Shown: positions 11,816-21,648 of the stretch, one piece after another
Position numbering within the stretch: position 1 is the first letter of the stretch
How the letters are laid out: each line of letters begins with the position of its first letter
From: an uncultured Actinomycetota bacterium
Lineage (GTDB): Bacteria; Actinomycetota; Actinomycetes; JACCUZ01
Direction: 5' to 3'
NCBI GenBank assembly: GCA_963746175.1
Contig: CAVVAH010000004.1
Span: 1,349,171 to 1,413,170, forward strand
Length of the DNA: 64,000 nt
Notes under the pieces: generated by a model
Databases searched by the model: none
Told to the model about the DNA's origin: nothing
Seen by the model: only the letters and a program-made list of their open reading frames with translations
Made by a program: the position numbers and the translations under genes

Positions 11816-12562
11816 TCACGGCCCGCCCGGCCGGGCCCGGCGGACCAGCATGTCGCGCAGGTCGCGGGTGTGCCGCCGGCTCACCTGCAGCACGTCCTCG
11901 CCGAGCCGCACCGTCCACCGGCCGGACTCCACACGCATCTCGTCGATGTGGTGCAGCGCCACCAGGTGGCTGCGGTGGATCCGGACGAAGCCGGCGGCGG
12001 CCCAGTCCTGCTCGAGGACGGTCAGCGGCACACGCAGCAGGTGCGACCCGTCGTCCGTGTGCAGCCGCGCGTAGTCGCCGTGCGCCTCGGCGTAGCGCAC
12101 GTCGCTGCGCTGGACGAACCGCGTCACGCCGCCGAGCTCCACCGCGATGGTCTCGTCGTCGGCCGGCTCGGACGACGCCGCCTGCTCGGTCCCGCCGAGC
12201 GCCTCGCGGACGCGGCGCACCGCCTCGGCGAGCCGCTCGGCGCGCACCGGCTTGAGCAGGTAGTCGACCGCGCGCAGGTCGAACGCCTCGACGGCGTGCT
12301 CGTCGTACGCCGTGACGAACACGACCTTCGGCGGCGCCTTGAACCGCGCCAGCACGCGAGCCACGTCGAGCCCGTCCAGACCGGGCATCCGGATGTCGAG
12401 GAAGAGCGCGTCGACGTCGTGCGCCTCCAACGACCGGAGCACCTCGGCTCCCGTCGCGGCGGTGCGGACCTCGCCGACCTCGGGGTCGCGGCCCAGCAAC
12501 CAGGCCAGGTCCTCGCGCGCCGGCGTCTCGTCGTCCGCGACGAGCACCCGCAGGGGCGTCAT
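11816..12562 (-). CDS. LytR/AlgR-family response regulator (REC + LytTR DNA-binding domain)
   Basis: 248 aa. Receiver domain with phospho-acceptor context VLVADDE...FLDIRMPGLDGL. C-terminal LytTR-like domain (VRYAEAHGDYARLHT...RIHRSHLVAL). Confidence 0.9.
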   Translation of the reverse strand: MTPLRVLVADDETPAREDLAWLLGRDPEVGEVRTAATGAEVLRSLEAHDVDALFLDIRMPGLDGLDVARVLARFKAPPKVVFVTAYDEHAVEAFDLRAVDYLLKPVRAERLAEAVRRVREALGGTEQAASSEPADDETIAVELGGVTRFVQRSDVRYAEAHGDYARLHTDDGSHLLRVPLTVLEQDWAAAGFVRIHRSHLVALHHIDEMRVESGRWTVRLGEDVLQVSRRHTRDLRDMLVRRARPGGP

Positions 12563-12572
12563 CCGGGGTCAC

Positions 12573-13761
12573 TCATATGTGGACCCCGGCGCGGTACTTG
12601 GGGATCCGCAGGCTCACCTTGGTGCCGGCGCCCGGAGCCGTCTCGACGACCAGCCCGTAGTCGTCGCCGTAGACCTGGCGGAGCCGCTCGTCGACGTTGC
12701 CGAGGCCGACGCTGTCGCCGTCGGGCCGGCCGGCCAGCGTCCGGCGTACGGCGTCGGGGTCGATGCCGGCGCCGTCGTCCTCGACCGAGATCAGCGCCTC
12801 GCTGCCCTGGTCGAGCGCCACGATCGTCACGTGCCCCTGGCCGGGCCGACCCTCGAGGCCGTGCCGGACGGCGTTCTCCACCAGGGGCTGGATGCACAGG
12901 AACGGAACCGTGACCGGGAGCACCTCCGGTGCGACCTGCACGGTGACCTGCAGCCGGTCGCCGAACCGCGCGCGCTCCAGCAGCAGGTAGCGGTCGATCG
13001 ACCGCAGCTCCTCGGCCAGCGTCGTGAAGTCACCGTGCCGGCGGAACGAGTAGCGGGTGAAGTCGGCGAACTCCAGCAGCAGCTCGCGCGCCCTCTCCGG
13101 GTCGGTGCGCACGAACGACGCGATCGCCGTGAGCGAGTTGTAGACGAAGTGCGGGCTGATCTGCGCACGCAGGGCCCGTACCTCGGCCTCCATCAGCCGG
13201 GTGCGCGACGACTCGAGCTCGGCCAGCTCGAGCTGCGTGGAGACCCAGCGGGCCACCTCGTTCGTCGCGCGCACCAGGCCGGCGCTCGCGCTCTGGCCGT
13301 ACGCCGCGAGGCTGCCGACCACGCGGTCCTCGACGGTCAGCGGCGCGACGACCGCGACCCGGATCGGGCAGTCGGGGTCGGCGCAGGTGACCGTGCCGGG
13401 ACCGAGCACCTCGGTGCGGCCGCTCGCGGTCGCCGCGGCCGCGTGCCCGACCGCGCCGTCGCGGTGCTGCGCCTCGCCCGCGCCGTCCCACGCGAGCAGC
13501 AGCTGACCGTCCGTCAGTGCGACCGCCTGGGTGCCGAGGAGCGTCCGCAGGTGCCGCACCGCGCGGCTGGCGCCGGCCTCGGTGAGCCCGGCGCGCAACG
13601 GCGGCGCGGCCAGGCTGGCCTCGTGCAGCGTGGCGAAGGTGGCCCGGTCGGCCGAGCTGCCGAACGACCGGCCGCTCCGGCTGCGCAGCAGCGGCACCGC
13701 GAGCAGCACCAGCACCAGGACCACCAGGGCCACGGTGACCACCGCCGGAGTGCCGCTCACG
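12573..13761 (-). CDS. LytS/YehU-like sensor histidine kinase (single TM, GAF-like domain, His_kinase PF06580-type, HATPase)
   Basis: H-box ISPHFVYNSL, N-box/ATP lid QPLVENAVRHG, G-boxes DDGAGID and GLGNVDERL. TM helix VVTVALVVLVLVLLAVPLL. GTG start assigned at 13759-13761. The N-terminal extension of the ORF is Arg-rich non-coding. Confidence 0.8.
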
Positions 13762-13785
13762 GCGCCGACCGTATCGTCGGGCGGC

Positions 13786-14589
13786 GTGACATCCGAGGCC
13801 TCGCCGCCGACCCGCCAGCCGGACCCGACGGACCCGCTGGCCCACCTCGCGGCGCTGCCCGGCGTCGCCGACGCGGTCGAGCGCGCCAGGGCAGCGGTCG
13901 ACGGCCTGCGCGGGCACCGGGTCCTGCGGCGGTCGGCGGAGCGGGTGTCGTCCGAGTCGGCCCTGCGCGGGGCGCGCGCCTCGGCGGCGCTCGCCGGTGC
14001 CGACCTGCCGCTGGACGTCGTACGGCGGACCGTGTCGGCCGGCGGTCGGCTGCCGGACGCGGAGGAGGCGGTGGTCCAGGGCGCCCTGCGGGTGGCGGCC
14101 GAGACCGGACCGCTGCAGCGCACCTGGGGCCGCGCGCCGCTGCAGGCCGTCGCGCGGCTGCACACCCTGGCGGCGGCCGACCTCGCGCCGGCCGACCAGC
14201 TCGGCCGGCCGGCCGCGGCGGCGGCGACGCGGATGTCGTCGCTGGGCCAGCTGCTGACCTCGCCGACCACGGCGCCGGCGCTCGTGGTCGCGGCCGTGGT
14301 GCACGCCGAGCTGGCGACGATGGGCGCCTTCCCGGCCGGTGCCGGTGTGGTGGCGCGCGGGGCGGCCCGGCTGACGTTCGTGGCGCGCGGCCTGGACCCG
14401 ACGGCCGTGTCGGTGCCCGAGGTCGGTCACGTCGAGCTCGGTCGCGAGGTCTACGTCGCGGCGCTGGACGGCTACGTCAGCGGCGGGCCGGACGGCATCG
14501 CGGGCTGGCTGGTGCACTGCGCCGAGGCGGTCGTGCTCGGTGCCCGCGAAGGAGTCGCGGTGTGCGAGGCGATCCAGCGCGGGGCCTGA
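13786..14589 (+). CDS. conserved hypothetical protein; possible degenerate Fic/Doc-fold protein
   Basis: 268 aa from a GTG at 13786, divergent from the kinase gene. Segment VVHAELATMGAFPAGAGVVARGAARL aligns loosely to the Fic motif HPFx(D/E)GNGRxxR with the catalytic His replaced. This is inference only. Confidence 0.45.
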   Translation: MTSEASPPTRQPDPTDPLAHLAALPGVADAVERARAAVDGLRGHRVLRRSAERVSSESALRGARASAALAGADLPLDVVRRTVSAGGRLPDAEEAVVQGALRVAAETGPLQRTWGRAPLQAVARLHTLAAADLAPADQLGRPAAAAATRMSSLGQLLTSPTTAPALVVAAVVHAELATMGAFPAGAGVVARGAARLTFVARGLDPTAVSVPEVGHVELGREVYVAALDGYVSGGPDGIAGWLVHCAEAVVLGAREGVAVCEAIQRGA

Positions 14590-14818
14590 CAAGTGGCGAG
14601 GAACCCGGGTGGGGACAGCGAACGGCGCCCCCGAAGGGACGCCGTCCAAGGGCACGTCAGCGTGGGTTACCAAGCGTGCACCGTGTGTCGGGAGACCAGG
14701 ACCAGCCTGGCTCGCCGGCCCGTACATGGGCAGGTCGCCGCGTGGGTGCCCAGCTGCCGTGCTTCATGTTCTGTGTAACGCACCGGACCCTGTGATCGGA
14801 AGCCCCCGGACCGCTCTT

Positions 14819-15727
14819 TTACCTGCCCGCGCGTGAAGTGCGGCGTGTCGTACGACCGACACGCGGGAGCAGGGCGCGCGAGGTGCCGCGCCGCCGGGTC
14901 GCCAGCCAGACGACGCCGGCAGTCGCCGCACCGGCGCCGACCGCGACGGCGGCCAGCGTGGTCGGCTGCGGCATCGAGACGCCGGCGAACCGGTCGCGCA
15001 GCCGGACCGGCCGGCTGAAGACGAGCACGGGCCAGCCACGGGTCGCCGCCTCCTTGCGCAGCGCGCGGTCGGGGTTGACGGCGTAGGGATGACCCACCGC
15101 TGACAGCATCGGGACGTCCGTCGCGGAGTCGCTGTAGGCGTAGCAGCGCTCGAGGTCGTAGCCCTCGTGGGCGGCCAGCTCGCGGATCGCCTCCGCCTTG
15201 GTCTCGCCGTAGGCGTAGTACTCGATCTCGCCGGAGTAGCGGCCGTCCTCGCCGACGACCATCCGGGTGGCGATCACCTGGTCGGCGCCGAGCAGCTCGC
15301 CGATCGGCTCCACCACCTCCGCGCCGGAGGTGCTGACGACGACGACGTCGCGGCCCGCCAGGTGGTGCTCCTCGATGAGCGTGGCCGCCTCGTCGTAGAT
15401 CAACGGGTCGATGAGCTGGTGCAGCGTCTCGGCGACGATCTGCTTGACCTGCTCGACGTCCCAGCCGGTGGCCATCGAGGAGAGGTACGCCCGCATCCGC
15501 TCCATCTGGTCGTGGTCGGCGCCGCCCGCGAGGTAGACGAACTGCGCATACGCGCTGCGCAGCACGGCCCGGCGGTTGATGAGTCCGCCCTGGTAGAAGG
15601 AGCGGCTGAACGCCAGCGTGCTCGACTTCGCGATGATCGTCTTGTCCAGGTCGAAGAACGCAGCGGTGCGGGTGGCCCCGGCGGGGGCGGCGCGGTGCGG
15701 TGCGGGGTCGGCCACCCGTCCGAGCAT
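14819..15727 (-). CDS. HAD-IB family hydrolase (SerB-like phosphatase; Rv3661-like)
   Basis: HAD motif I FFDLDKTII, motif II VVVSTSG, and a C-terminal GD...D-type motif (AYSDSATDVPML). ATG at 15725-15727. The long upstream ORF extension is not coding. Confidence 0.75.
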   Translation of the reverse strand: MLGRVADPAPHRAAPAGATRTAAFFDLDKTIIAKSSTLAFSRSFYQGGLINRRAVLRSAYAQFVYLAGGADHDQMERMRAYLSSMATGWDVEQVKQIVAETLHQLIDPLIYDEAATLIEEHHLAGRDVVVVSTSGAEVVEPIGELLGADQVIATRMVVGEDGRYSGEIEYYAYGETKAEAIRELAAHEGYDLERCYAYSDSATDVPMLSAVGHPYAVNPDRALRKEAATRGWPVLVFSRPVRLRDRFAGVSMPQPTTLAAVAVGAGAATAGVVWLATRRRGTSRALLPRVGRTTRRTSRAGR

Positions 15728-16030
15728 AGGGACGGCAAAATCCGCCGCGCGGGCGGCTGCGACTGTTTGCCATCGGGCCTCGACGGGTACATCCTGGCGT
15801 CGTGCCCTGCTCCGCAGAGCACACCAGCGCGTCCGGCTCATCCCCCCCGGGTCGGATTCGCAGACGGCCCCCGTTCTCCCCCCCGACGGGGGCCGTCGCA
15901 CGTCCCCGCTCGGTCGTGGGACCTGCTTCTCCACAGCGCCGCTGCGCGCACCGGACGTCCACAGATGGCCCCGGCAGCCCACTGCCGGCTGCCGCGGCGG
16001 GCCACCGTGAGGACCCCGTCCTCGTGGAGG

Positions 16031-17103
16031 TGCCCGTGCCCGACCGGCCCCTGATCGTCACCGGCGACCCGCTGCTGCTCGACGACCTGCTGCGGCTGTC
16101 GGCGTCGGCCGGTGTCGAGGTCCAGGTCGCGCCGGACCCGGTCGCGGCCCGGCCGGCCTGGTCCCGCGCGCCGGTGGTGCTGCTCGGCGTCGACGCGGTG
16201 CCGCAGCTCGTCCGGTCCGCCCTCCCGCGCCGGCCCGGTGTCGTGCTCGTGCCGCGGACCGGTCCCGAGGAGCGGGCCGCGTGGGACGCGGCGGCCCGGG
16301 TCGGGGCCGAGGCGGTCCAGGTGCTGCCGCAGGCCGAGGGCCTGGTCGTCGACCGGCTCGTGGGTGCCGGCGACGGGCCGGTGGCGCGGACCGTCGCCGT
16401 CGTACCCGGTGCCGGCGGTGCGGGGGCCTCGACCCTCGCGGCCGCCCTGGCGGTCTCCGCCGACCGCGTCGTCCCGGGAGTGCGCGCGATGCTCGTCGAC
16501 CTCGACCCGTTCGGCGGTGGCATCGACCTGCTCCTGGGTGCGGAGTCCCGGCCCGGGCTGCGGTGGCCGGCGCTCGCCGGCACGCGCGGTCGCGCCGCAC
16601 CCGACGATCTGCGCGCCGCCCTCCCGTCGGTCGCCGGAGCCACGGTGCTGTCGTGGGACCGCGGCGTCGTGCTGCCGCTGCCGGTCGAGGCCGTGGAGTC
16701 GGTGCTCGCCGCGGGTCGGCGCGGCCACGACCTGGTGGTGCTCGACGTACCTCGCTTCCCGGACGCGGGCGCGGATGCCGCACTGGCCACCGTCGACGCC
16801 GTGCTGCTCGTCGTCCCCGCCGACGTGCGGTCGGCAGCCGCCGCGGCGCGGGTCGCGGGCCGGCTGGCCGGTCGGGTCGCCGACGTCCGGGTCGTGGTCC
16901 GCGAGACATCGACCCGCCGGCTCCCCGCCGGCCCGGTGGCTCGCGCCGTGGGCCTGCCGCTCGGTGGCCGGGTCGGTGTCGATCCCGGGCTGGCGGCCGC
17001 CCTCGAGCGCGGCGATCCGCCGGGGCGGTCGCGCGGGCCGCTGGCCCAGCTCTGCCGGACGCTGCTCGTCGACCTGGTCGGCCATCTCGGACGCGCGGCG
17101 TGA
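16031..17103 (+). CDS. ssd: septum site-determining protein Ssd-like (ParA/MinD-like fold without an intact Walker A), first gene of the Tad-like locus
   Basis: N-terminus PLIVTGDPLLLDDLLRLSASAGVEV is typical of actinobacterial Ssd (Rv3660c-like). Its stop overlaps the GTG start of the TadA ATPase. Start is one of the GTGs at 16025-16037. Confidence 0.6.
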
Positions 17104-18260
17104 CTCTCGTCGACGCCGCGCTGGTGACCCGGGTGACCGCGCGGCTCGCGCTCGCCGGTGAGCAGCCCACCACCACGGCCGTGACGGCAGCGCTCCGCCA
17201 GGAGGGAGCGGTGCTCGGCAGCTCGGGCACCCTGGCGCTGGTCGCGGAGGTGCGTTCCGAGCTGACCGGCTTCGGCCCGCTCGAGGCGCTGCTCGCCGAC
17301 GACCGGGTCAGCGACGTCCTCGTCAACGGACCGGCCGAGGTCTGGGTCGACCGCGGTGCCGGCCTGGCCCGCGCGGCCGTGACGTTCCGCGACGAGGCGG
17401 CGGTACGACGGCTCGCCCAGCGCCTCGCCGCCTCGGCCGGCCGGCGGCTGGACCTCGCGCGGCCCACCGTCGACGCCCGGCTGGCCGGCGGCGTCCGGCT
17501 GCACGCGGTGCTGCCGCCGGTGTCGCCGGCGGGGACGCTGCTCAGCCTGCGGGTGCTCCGGCGGCGCGCGTTCACCGTGGCCGAGCTGGTCGACCGCGGC
17601 ACCCTCGTGCCTGCTCTCGCCGAGCTGCTCGAGCGCGTCGTCCGGTGCCGGGCCTCGTTCCTCGTCACGGGCGGCACCGGCACGGGCAAGACCACACTCC
17701 TGTCGAGCCTGCTCTCCCTGGTCCGGCCGGAGGAGCGGATCGTCCTGGTCGAGGACTCCGGCGAGCTGGCGCCCGCGCATCCGCACGTCGTCCGGCTCGA
17801 GGCGCGCAACGCCAACGTCGAGGGGGCCGGTGCCGTCGACCTGCGGACGCTCGTGCGCGAGTCGCTGCGGATGCGCCCGGACCGCATCGTCGTCGGCGAG
17901 GTCCGTGGCGGCGAGGTGGTGGAGCTGCTCGCGGCGCTCAACACCGGCCACGACGGTGGGGCGGGCACGGTGCACGCCTCCGGGCCGGCCGTGCTGCCGG
18001 CCCGGCTCGAGGCGCTCGCCCTTGCGGCCGGGCTGCCACGTGAGGCGCTGCACAGCCAGCTGGCGGCGGCCGTGCAGGTCGTGGTGCACCTGGCCCGCGG
18101 GGCGGACGGGGCACGCGTGGTCCGGGCCGTCGGCTGCCTGACCCGCGGCGCCGACGGCCTGTGCCGGGTCGTCCCCGCCGTACGCGTGGAGAGCGGTCGG
18201 CTCGTCGACGACTCCGCGGCGGCCGCGCTGGACGGGCTGCTTGCGGCCGGCGACGCGTGA
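17100..18260 (+). CDS. TadA/CpaF-family type II/IV secretion ATPase
   Basis: Walker A GGTGTGKTT, Asp box RIVLVEDSGEL, His box, and Walker B-like RPDRIVVGEVRG. GTG start overlaps the ssd stop (GTGA). Confidence 0.85.
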   Translation: MTLVDAALVTRVTARLALAGEQPTTTAVTAALRQEGAVLGSSGTLALVAEVRSELTGFGPLEALLADDRVSDVLVNGPAEVWVDRGAGLARAAVTFRDEAAVRRLAQRLAASAGRRLDLARPTVDARLAGGVRLHAVLPPVSPAGTLLSLRVLRRRAFTVAELVDRGTLVPALAELLERVVRCRASFLVTGGTGTGKTTLLSSLLSLVRPEERIVLVEDSGELAPAHPHVVRLEARNANVEGAGAVDLRTLVRESLRMRPDRIVVGEVRGGEVVELLAALNTGHDGGAGTVHASGPAVLPARLEALALAAGLPREALHSQLAAAVQVVVHLARGADGARVVRAVGCLTRGADGLCRVVPAVRVESGRLVDDSAAAALDGLLAAGDA

Positions 18261-19054
18261 GGTCTGCTGCGGCCGTGCTGCTCGCGGCTGCCGCCGGGGT
18301 GCTGCTCGTCCCCGACCGGGCCGCCGGGCTGAACCGGCTGCAGCCGGCGGTGTCCCGCGTGAGACCGCTGAACGGGCTGGGCCTGCGCGTCGCGGCGGTC
18401 ACGACGACGATCGCGGTGGCGCTGGCCACCGGTGCCGCCCTGCTCACCCTGGCGGCCGGAGTCGCCGGGGTGAGCGCCGTCCGGGCGGCCTCGGGGCGAG
18501 CCCGCCGCCGTCGCGCGGAGGCGCTGCGCGCGGCGGTGCTCGACCTGCTGGCCGGGCTCGCCGCCGAGCTGCGGGCCGGGAGCCAGCCACGGGATGCGCT
18601 GGCGGTCGTGAGCGCGAGTGTCCCGGCGCTGCTGGCCCCGGTCGCCGCCGCGGCCCGCAGCCCCGTCGCCGACCCGGCGGCCGCCCTCGACCTCGCCGCC
18701 CGCGAGCCGGGCGCGGCGGCGCTCGCCGACCTCGCGGTGGCCTGGCGGGTGGTCGCCGACACCGGAGCGGGGCTGGCCGGCGTGGTCGACCGGGTCGCCG
18801 CCGGTGCCCGAGCCGAGGCCGCCGTACGCCGCGAGGTGGCCTCTCAGCTCGCCGGTCCGCGGGCGACGGCCGCGCTCCTCGCCGGCCTGCCACTGGCCGG
18901 TGTCGGCCTCGGCGCGGCGCTGGGCGCCGACCCGCTCGGCTTCCTCCTCGAGGCCCGGCCCGGCCGGATCTGCCTGCTGGCCGCGGTGCTGCTGGTCGCA
19001 GCCGGCGGGGCATGGACCGAGGTGATCGCAGCGCGGGCGGAGCCGGCGCCGTGA
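18257..19054 (+). CDS. TadB-like pilus assembly membrane protein
   Basis: 265-aa polytopic membrane protein, translationally coupled (GTG overlapping the tadA TGA). Position and size match TadB/Rv3658c. Confidence 0.6.
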   Translation: MRSAAAVLLAAAAGVLLVPDRAAGLNRLQPAVSRVRPLNGLGLRVAAVTTTIAVALATGAALLTLAAGVAGVSAVRAASGRARRRRAEALRAAVLDLLAGLAAELRAGSQPRDALAVVSASVPALLAPVAAAARSPVADPAAALDLAAREPGAAALADLAVAWRVVADTGAGLAGVVDRVAAGARAEAAVRREVASQLAGPRATAALLAGLPLAGVGLGAALGADPLGFLLEARPGRICLLAAVLLVAAGGAWTEVIAARAEPAP

Positions 19055-19785
19055 CCGCGGCCACGGCGGCCGTGCTGCTCGCGGCCCTGGCCGGCCTGCT
19101 CGCCCCGGCACCGCGCGGAGCAGCCCTCGCCCGCCTGGGCGGCCCGAGCCCGGGCGTCGACCCGGTCGGGCCCGCCGTGCGGCTGGACGGCGCGGTCCCG
19201 CGACACCTGCCCCGGCTGCTTGCCGGGCTGGCCGCCGGAGCGGCACTGACCTCGCAGGGCGGGCTCGCGACCGTGCTCGCGGTGCTGGCCGTCGCGACCG
19301 GAGTGCCTGCAGCGCGGCAGCGCCGGACCGCAGAGCGGTGTCGAGCCCGGCTGATGGCCGACCTGCCGCGGGCGGCAGAGCTGCTCGCGAGCTGCCTGGA
19401 TGCGGGGGCACCCGCCCCTGTGGCGCTCGGCGCGGTGGCCGCCGCGGTCGGCGGTCCGGTCGGTCTCCGGCTGCGCGAGGTCGCGACCGTGCTGGCCGCC
19501 GGTGGCCACCCCGACGTCACGCTCCCGGTCGCGGACCCGCTCGACCGGCTGGTCGCCGTGCTCGCTCGCGCGACCACCACCGGGGCGCCGCTCGCCGAGT
19601 CGGTCCGTGTCCTGGCGGCCGACGAGCGCCGACGCGCCGGCTGGGCCGCCACCGAGCGGGCCCGGGTGGCAGGGGTGCAGGCCGTGGGTCCCCTCGCGGC
19701 CTGCTTCCTGCCGGCCTTCGTGCTGGTGGGGGTGGTGCCGGTGGTCGCCGGCGTGGCCGGCTCGCTCCTCCGGGGCCCGTCGTGA
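19051..19785 (+). CDS. TadC-like pilus assembly membrane protein
   Basis: 244 aa, hydrophobic. GTG start overlaps the tadB stop. Position matches TadC/Rv3657c. Confidence 0.6.
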   Translation: MTAATAAVLLAALAGLLAPAPRGAALARLGGPSPGVDPVGPAVRLDGAVPRHLPRLLAGLAAGAALTSQGGLATVLAVLAVATGVPAARQRRTAERCRARLMADLPRAAELLASCLDAGAPAPVALGAVAAAVGGPVGLRLREVATVLAAGGHPDVTLPVADPLDRLVAVLARATTTGAPLAESVRVLAADERRRAGWAATERARVAGVQAVGPLAACFLPAFVLVGVVPVVAGVAGSLLRGPS

Positions 19786-20015
19786 CCGTCCACAGCCGCG
19801 ACCGGAGCGGCGTCGTCCACAGATCGGCGGCCACGACCCCGGGGGTTGCTTCCGCCCGGCCACGGTGGTGACGGACGCGGCAGTCGCCGCTCCCCGCAGC
19901 GCCGCCGGTCGCGGCACGGACCGGACGAAGGTGCGAGATGGCGACGTTCACGAGGGACCTGGCGCGGCGGACCGGCCGGCCCGGACGCCGGCGGTCGGTC
20001 GGCGACGAGGCCGGC

Positions 20016-20153
20016 ATGACCACCGCGGAGTACGCGGTCGGCACGGTGGCGGCGTGCGGCTTCGGCGGGATCCTCTACAAGGTCCTGACCAGCCCCGAGG
20101 TCGTGCAGCTGCTCAAGGGCGTGATCGAGCGGGCTTTCGGTGTGGCGTTCTGA
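20016..20153 (+). CDS. DUF4244-family small Flp-like protein (Rv3656c-like); the ORF could start as early as 19938
   Basis: MTTAEYAVGTVAACGFGGILYKVLTSPEVVQLLKGVIERAFGVAF is a ~45-aa Flp-pilin-like peptide (TAEYA start, a GxxxG-like GFGG segment). Confidence 0.5.
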   Translation: MTTAEYAVGTVAACGFGGILYKVLTSPEVVQLLKGVIERAFGVAF

Positions 20154-20165
20154 CGGCCCCGGTCG

Positions 20166-20561
20166 GTGACTCACCTCGGCCCGCGGCGGGAGCGCGGGAC
20201 CGCGACGGCCGAGCTGGCGGTCGTGCTGCCGGCCGTCGTGCTGCTCGCGGTGCTCGGGGTCTGGGCCGTGCTGGTCGGCGCCGCGCAGCTGCGGTGCACC
20301 GACGCGGCCGGTGTCGGGGCGCGGGCGCTGGCGCGCGGCGAGCCGGCCGACGAGGTGCGTCGCGTCGTCGCGGAGGTCGCGCCGCACGGCGCCCGGGTGG
20401 AGCTCGGCAGGGCCGGCGAGCTCGTCGTCGTCGAGGTGCGAGTGCTGGTGCCGCTGCCGGGGCTGTGGGGAGGCGACGGGCCCGGTGTCGCGGTGGGCGA
20501 CCGGGCGGTTGCTCTCGACGAGAGCGCGGGCTCGGCGCCGGGTGCGGTGCTGCCGCCGTGA
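20166..20561 (+). CDS. TadE-like pseudopilin (Rv3655c-like)
   Basis: ERGTATAELAVVLPAVVLLAVLGVWAV is the TadE/G N-terminal consensus (ATAEFA-type processing region plus a hydrophobic helix). GTG at 20166. Confidence 0.55.
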   Translation: MTHLGPRRERGTATAELAVVLPAVVLLAVLGVWAVLVGAAQLRCTDAAGVGARALARGEPADEVRRVVAEVAPHGARVELGRAGELVVVEVRVLVPLPGLWGGDGPGVAVGDRAVALDESAGSAPGAVLPP

Positions 20562-20938
20562 CGCGACGGTCCTGGCAAGAAGTCGACCGCGGCTCGGCCG
20601 GGCTGCTGACCGTCTGGGTCGCGGCGCTGGTCGTGCTGTCGGCCGTGCTCGCGGTGGGCTGGGCCGGCGTGGTGACCGCACGGCACCGGGCCGGCAGCGT
20701 CGCCGACCTCGCGGCGCTGGCGGCAGCACGGGCTGCGGAGCTCGGGGCGGCCGAGCCGTGCGGGGTCGCGGCCGAGGTGGCCGCGGCCGGCGGCGCCCGG
20801 CTGGAGTCGTGCCGGGCGCTGCTCGACGGCTCCACGGGAGTGGTCGTCGCCGTCCCCGGGCCGGTGGTGGGTGGACCACTGGGGTGGCTGCACACAGGAC
20901 CGGCCCGGGCTCGCGCCCGGGCCGGCGTACCCCCGTGA
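20558..20938 (+). CDS. Rv3654c-like TadE-like protein (helicase/secretion-neighbourhood family)
   Basis: GSAGLLTVWVAALVVLSAVLAVGWAGVV is a prepilin-like N-terminus. GTG overlaps the previous stop. Last gene of the locus. Confidence 0.5.
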   Translation: MTRRSWQEVDRGSAGLLTVWVAALVVLSAVLAVGWAGVVTARHRAGSVADLAALAAARAAELGAAEPCGVAAEVAAAGGARLESCRALLDGSTGVVVAVPGPVVGGPLGWLHTGPARARARAGVPP

Positions 20939-20992
20939 TACCCCCGTGTCTTCGTGGCCGGCGGGTGGCATCCCGTCGGCCAGGTCTGTCGG

Positions 20993-21571
20993 TCAGAGGT
21001 CGCGGTGCCGTCCGGAGGTCGAGGACGCGGTCTCGTCGCGGCCGGTGAGGTCGGTGGCGTGGTCGACGACCCGGTCGCCCTCGACGTGCTGCGGACGGTC
21101 GGCCGCGCTGCCCGCCGTGGCGGTGCCGGACGTCGTGCCCTCGCTGGTCGTGCGGTCGGTCGACGTGGTGCGGTCGGCGGCCGCGGTCCCGGCGGCGCCG
21201 CCGGCGGTGCCCGCCGTCGTACCGGCCGCGGTGGTGTCGCGCTCGGTGGCGAGCCTCTCGTTGAGCCGCTCGTTCTCGGCCCGCAGCTGCGCGCGCTCCT
21301 CCTCGATCTGGGTGACCGACTCCTTCTGCCTGTTGCGCGCCTGCTTGCGCTCCACGCGCTTGCGGCGCGACCGGCCCATCGAGGAGAACAGCAGCCAGAC
21401 GCCGAGGAAGAAGATCAGCATCGTGGCGAGACCGGTGACGAACACGCCGCCGATCGTGGTGTCGGCCGAGAGCCCGAAGACCTCGATCGTCGCGGACTCG
21501 CCGCCGTCGTAGATGGCGCCGGCGGTGACCGCACCGGCGCCCAGGATGAAGAGAAGTCCGATGATCGCCAT
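20993..21571 (-). CDS. hypothetical membrane protein: N-terminal TM pair, charged coiled coil, Thr/Ala/Gly-rich disordered tail
   Basis: ATG at 21569-21571 with AAGGAG upstream. Order along the protein: MAIIGLLFILGAGAVTAGAIY...FLGVWLLFS, then RRKRVERKQARNRQKESVTQIEEERAQLRAENERL, then a TAAGTTAGTAGG tail. Confidence 0.5.
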   Translation of the reverse strand: MAIIGLLFILGAGAVTAGAIYDGGESATIEVFGLSADTTIGGVFVTGLATMLIFFLGVWLLFSSMGRSRRKRVERKQARNRQKESVTQIEEERAQLRAENERLNERLATERDTTAAGTTAGTAGGAAGTAAADRTTSTDRTTSEGTTSGTATAGSAADRPQHVEGDRVVDHATDLTGRDETASSTSGRHRDL

Positions 21572-21648
21572 GGGGGAGGGCTCCTTTCGCTCAGGCACCC
21601 ATGCCCCCGCGGCACCGGGTTCATGCCCGGCGGACGGGTGACACCTGC

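Noticed and set aside
14590-14818. Possible Ms1/6S-like sRNA downstream of the HAD gene (position analogous to MTS2823 in M. tuberculosis)
   Set aside because: The region is only ~230 bp, and I could not identify the conserved structure or sequence blocks by eye. Too weak to call.
14667-18089. 1140-aa minus-strand ORF, and similar giant ORFs at 16058..19411(-), 18444..20879(-), 40904..44521(-) and 32169..34079(-)
   Set aside because: They are Arg/Pro/Gly-rich translations antisense to well-supported genes (HAD/Ssd/TadA, RTX/FAD oxidase, tmk). This is the typical stop-codon-poor shadow frame of a >70% GC genome. They have no motifs and no RBS.
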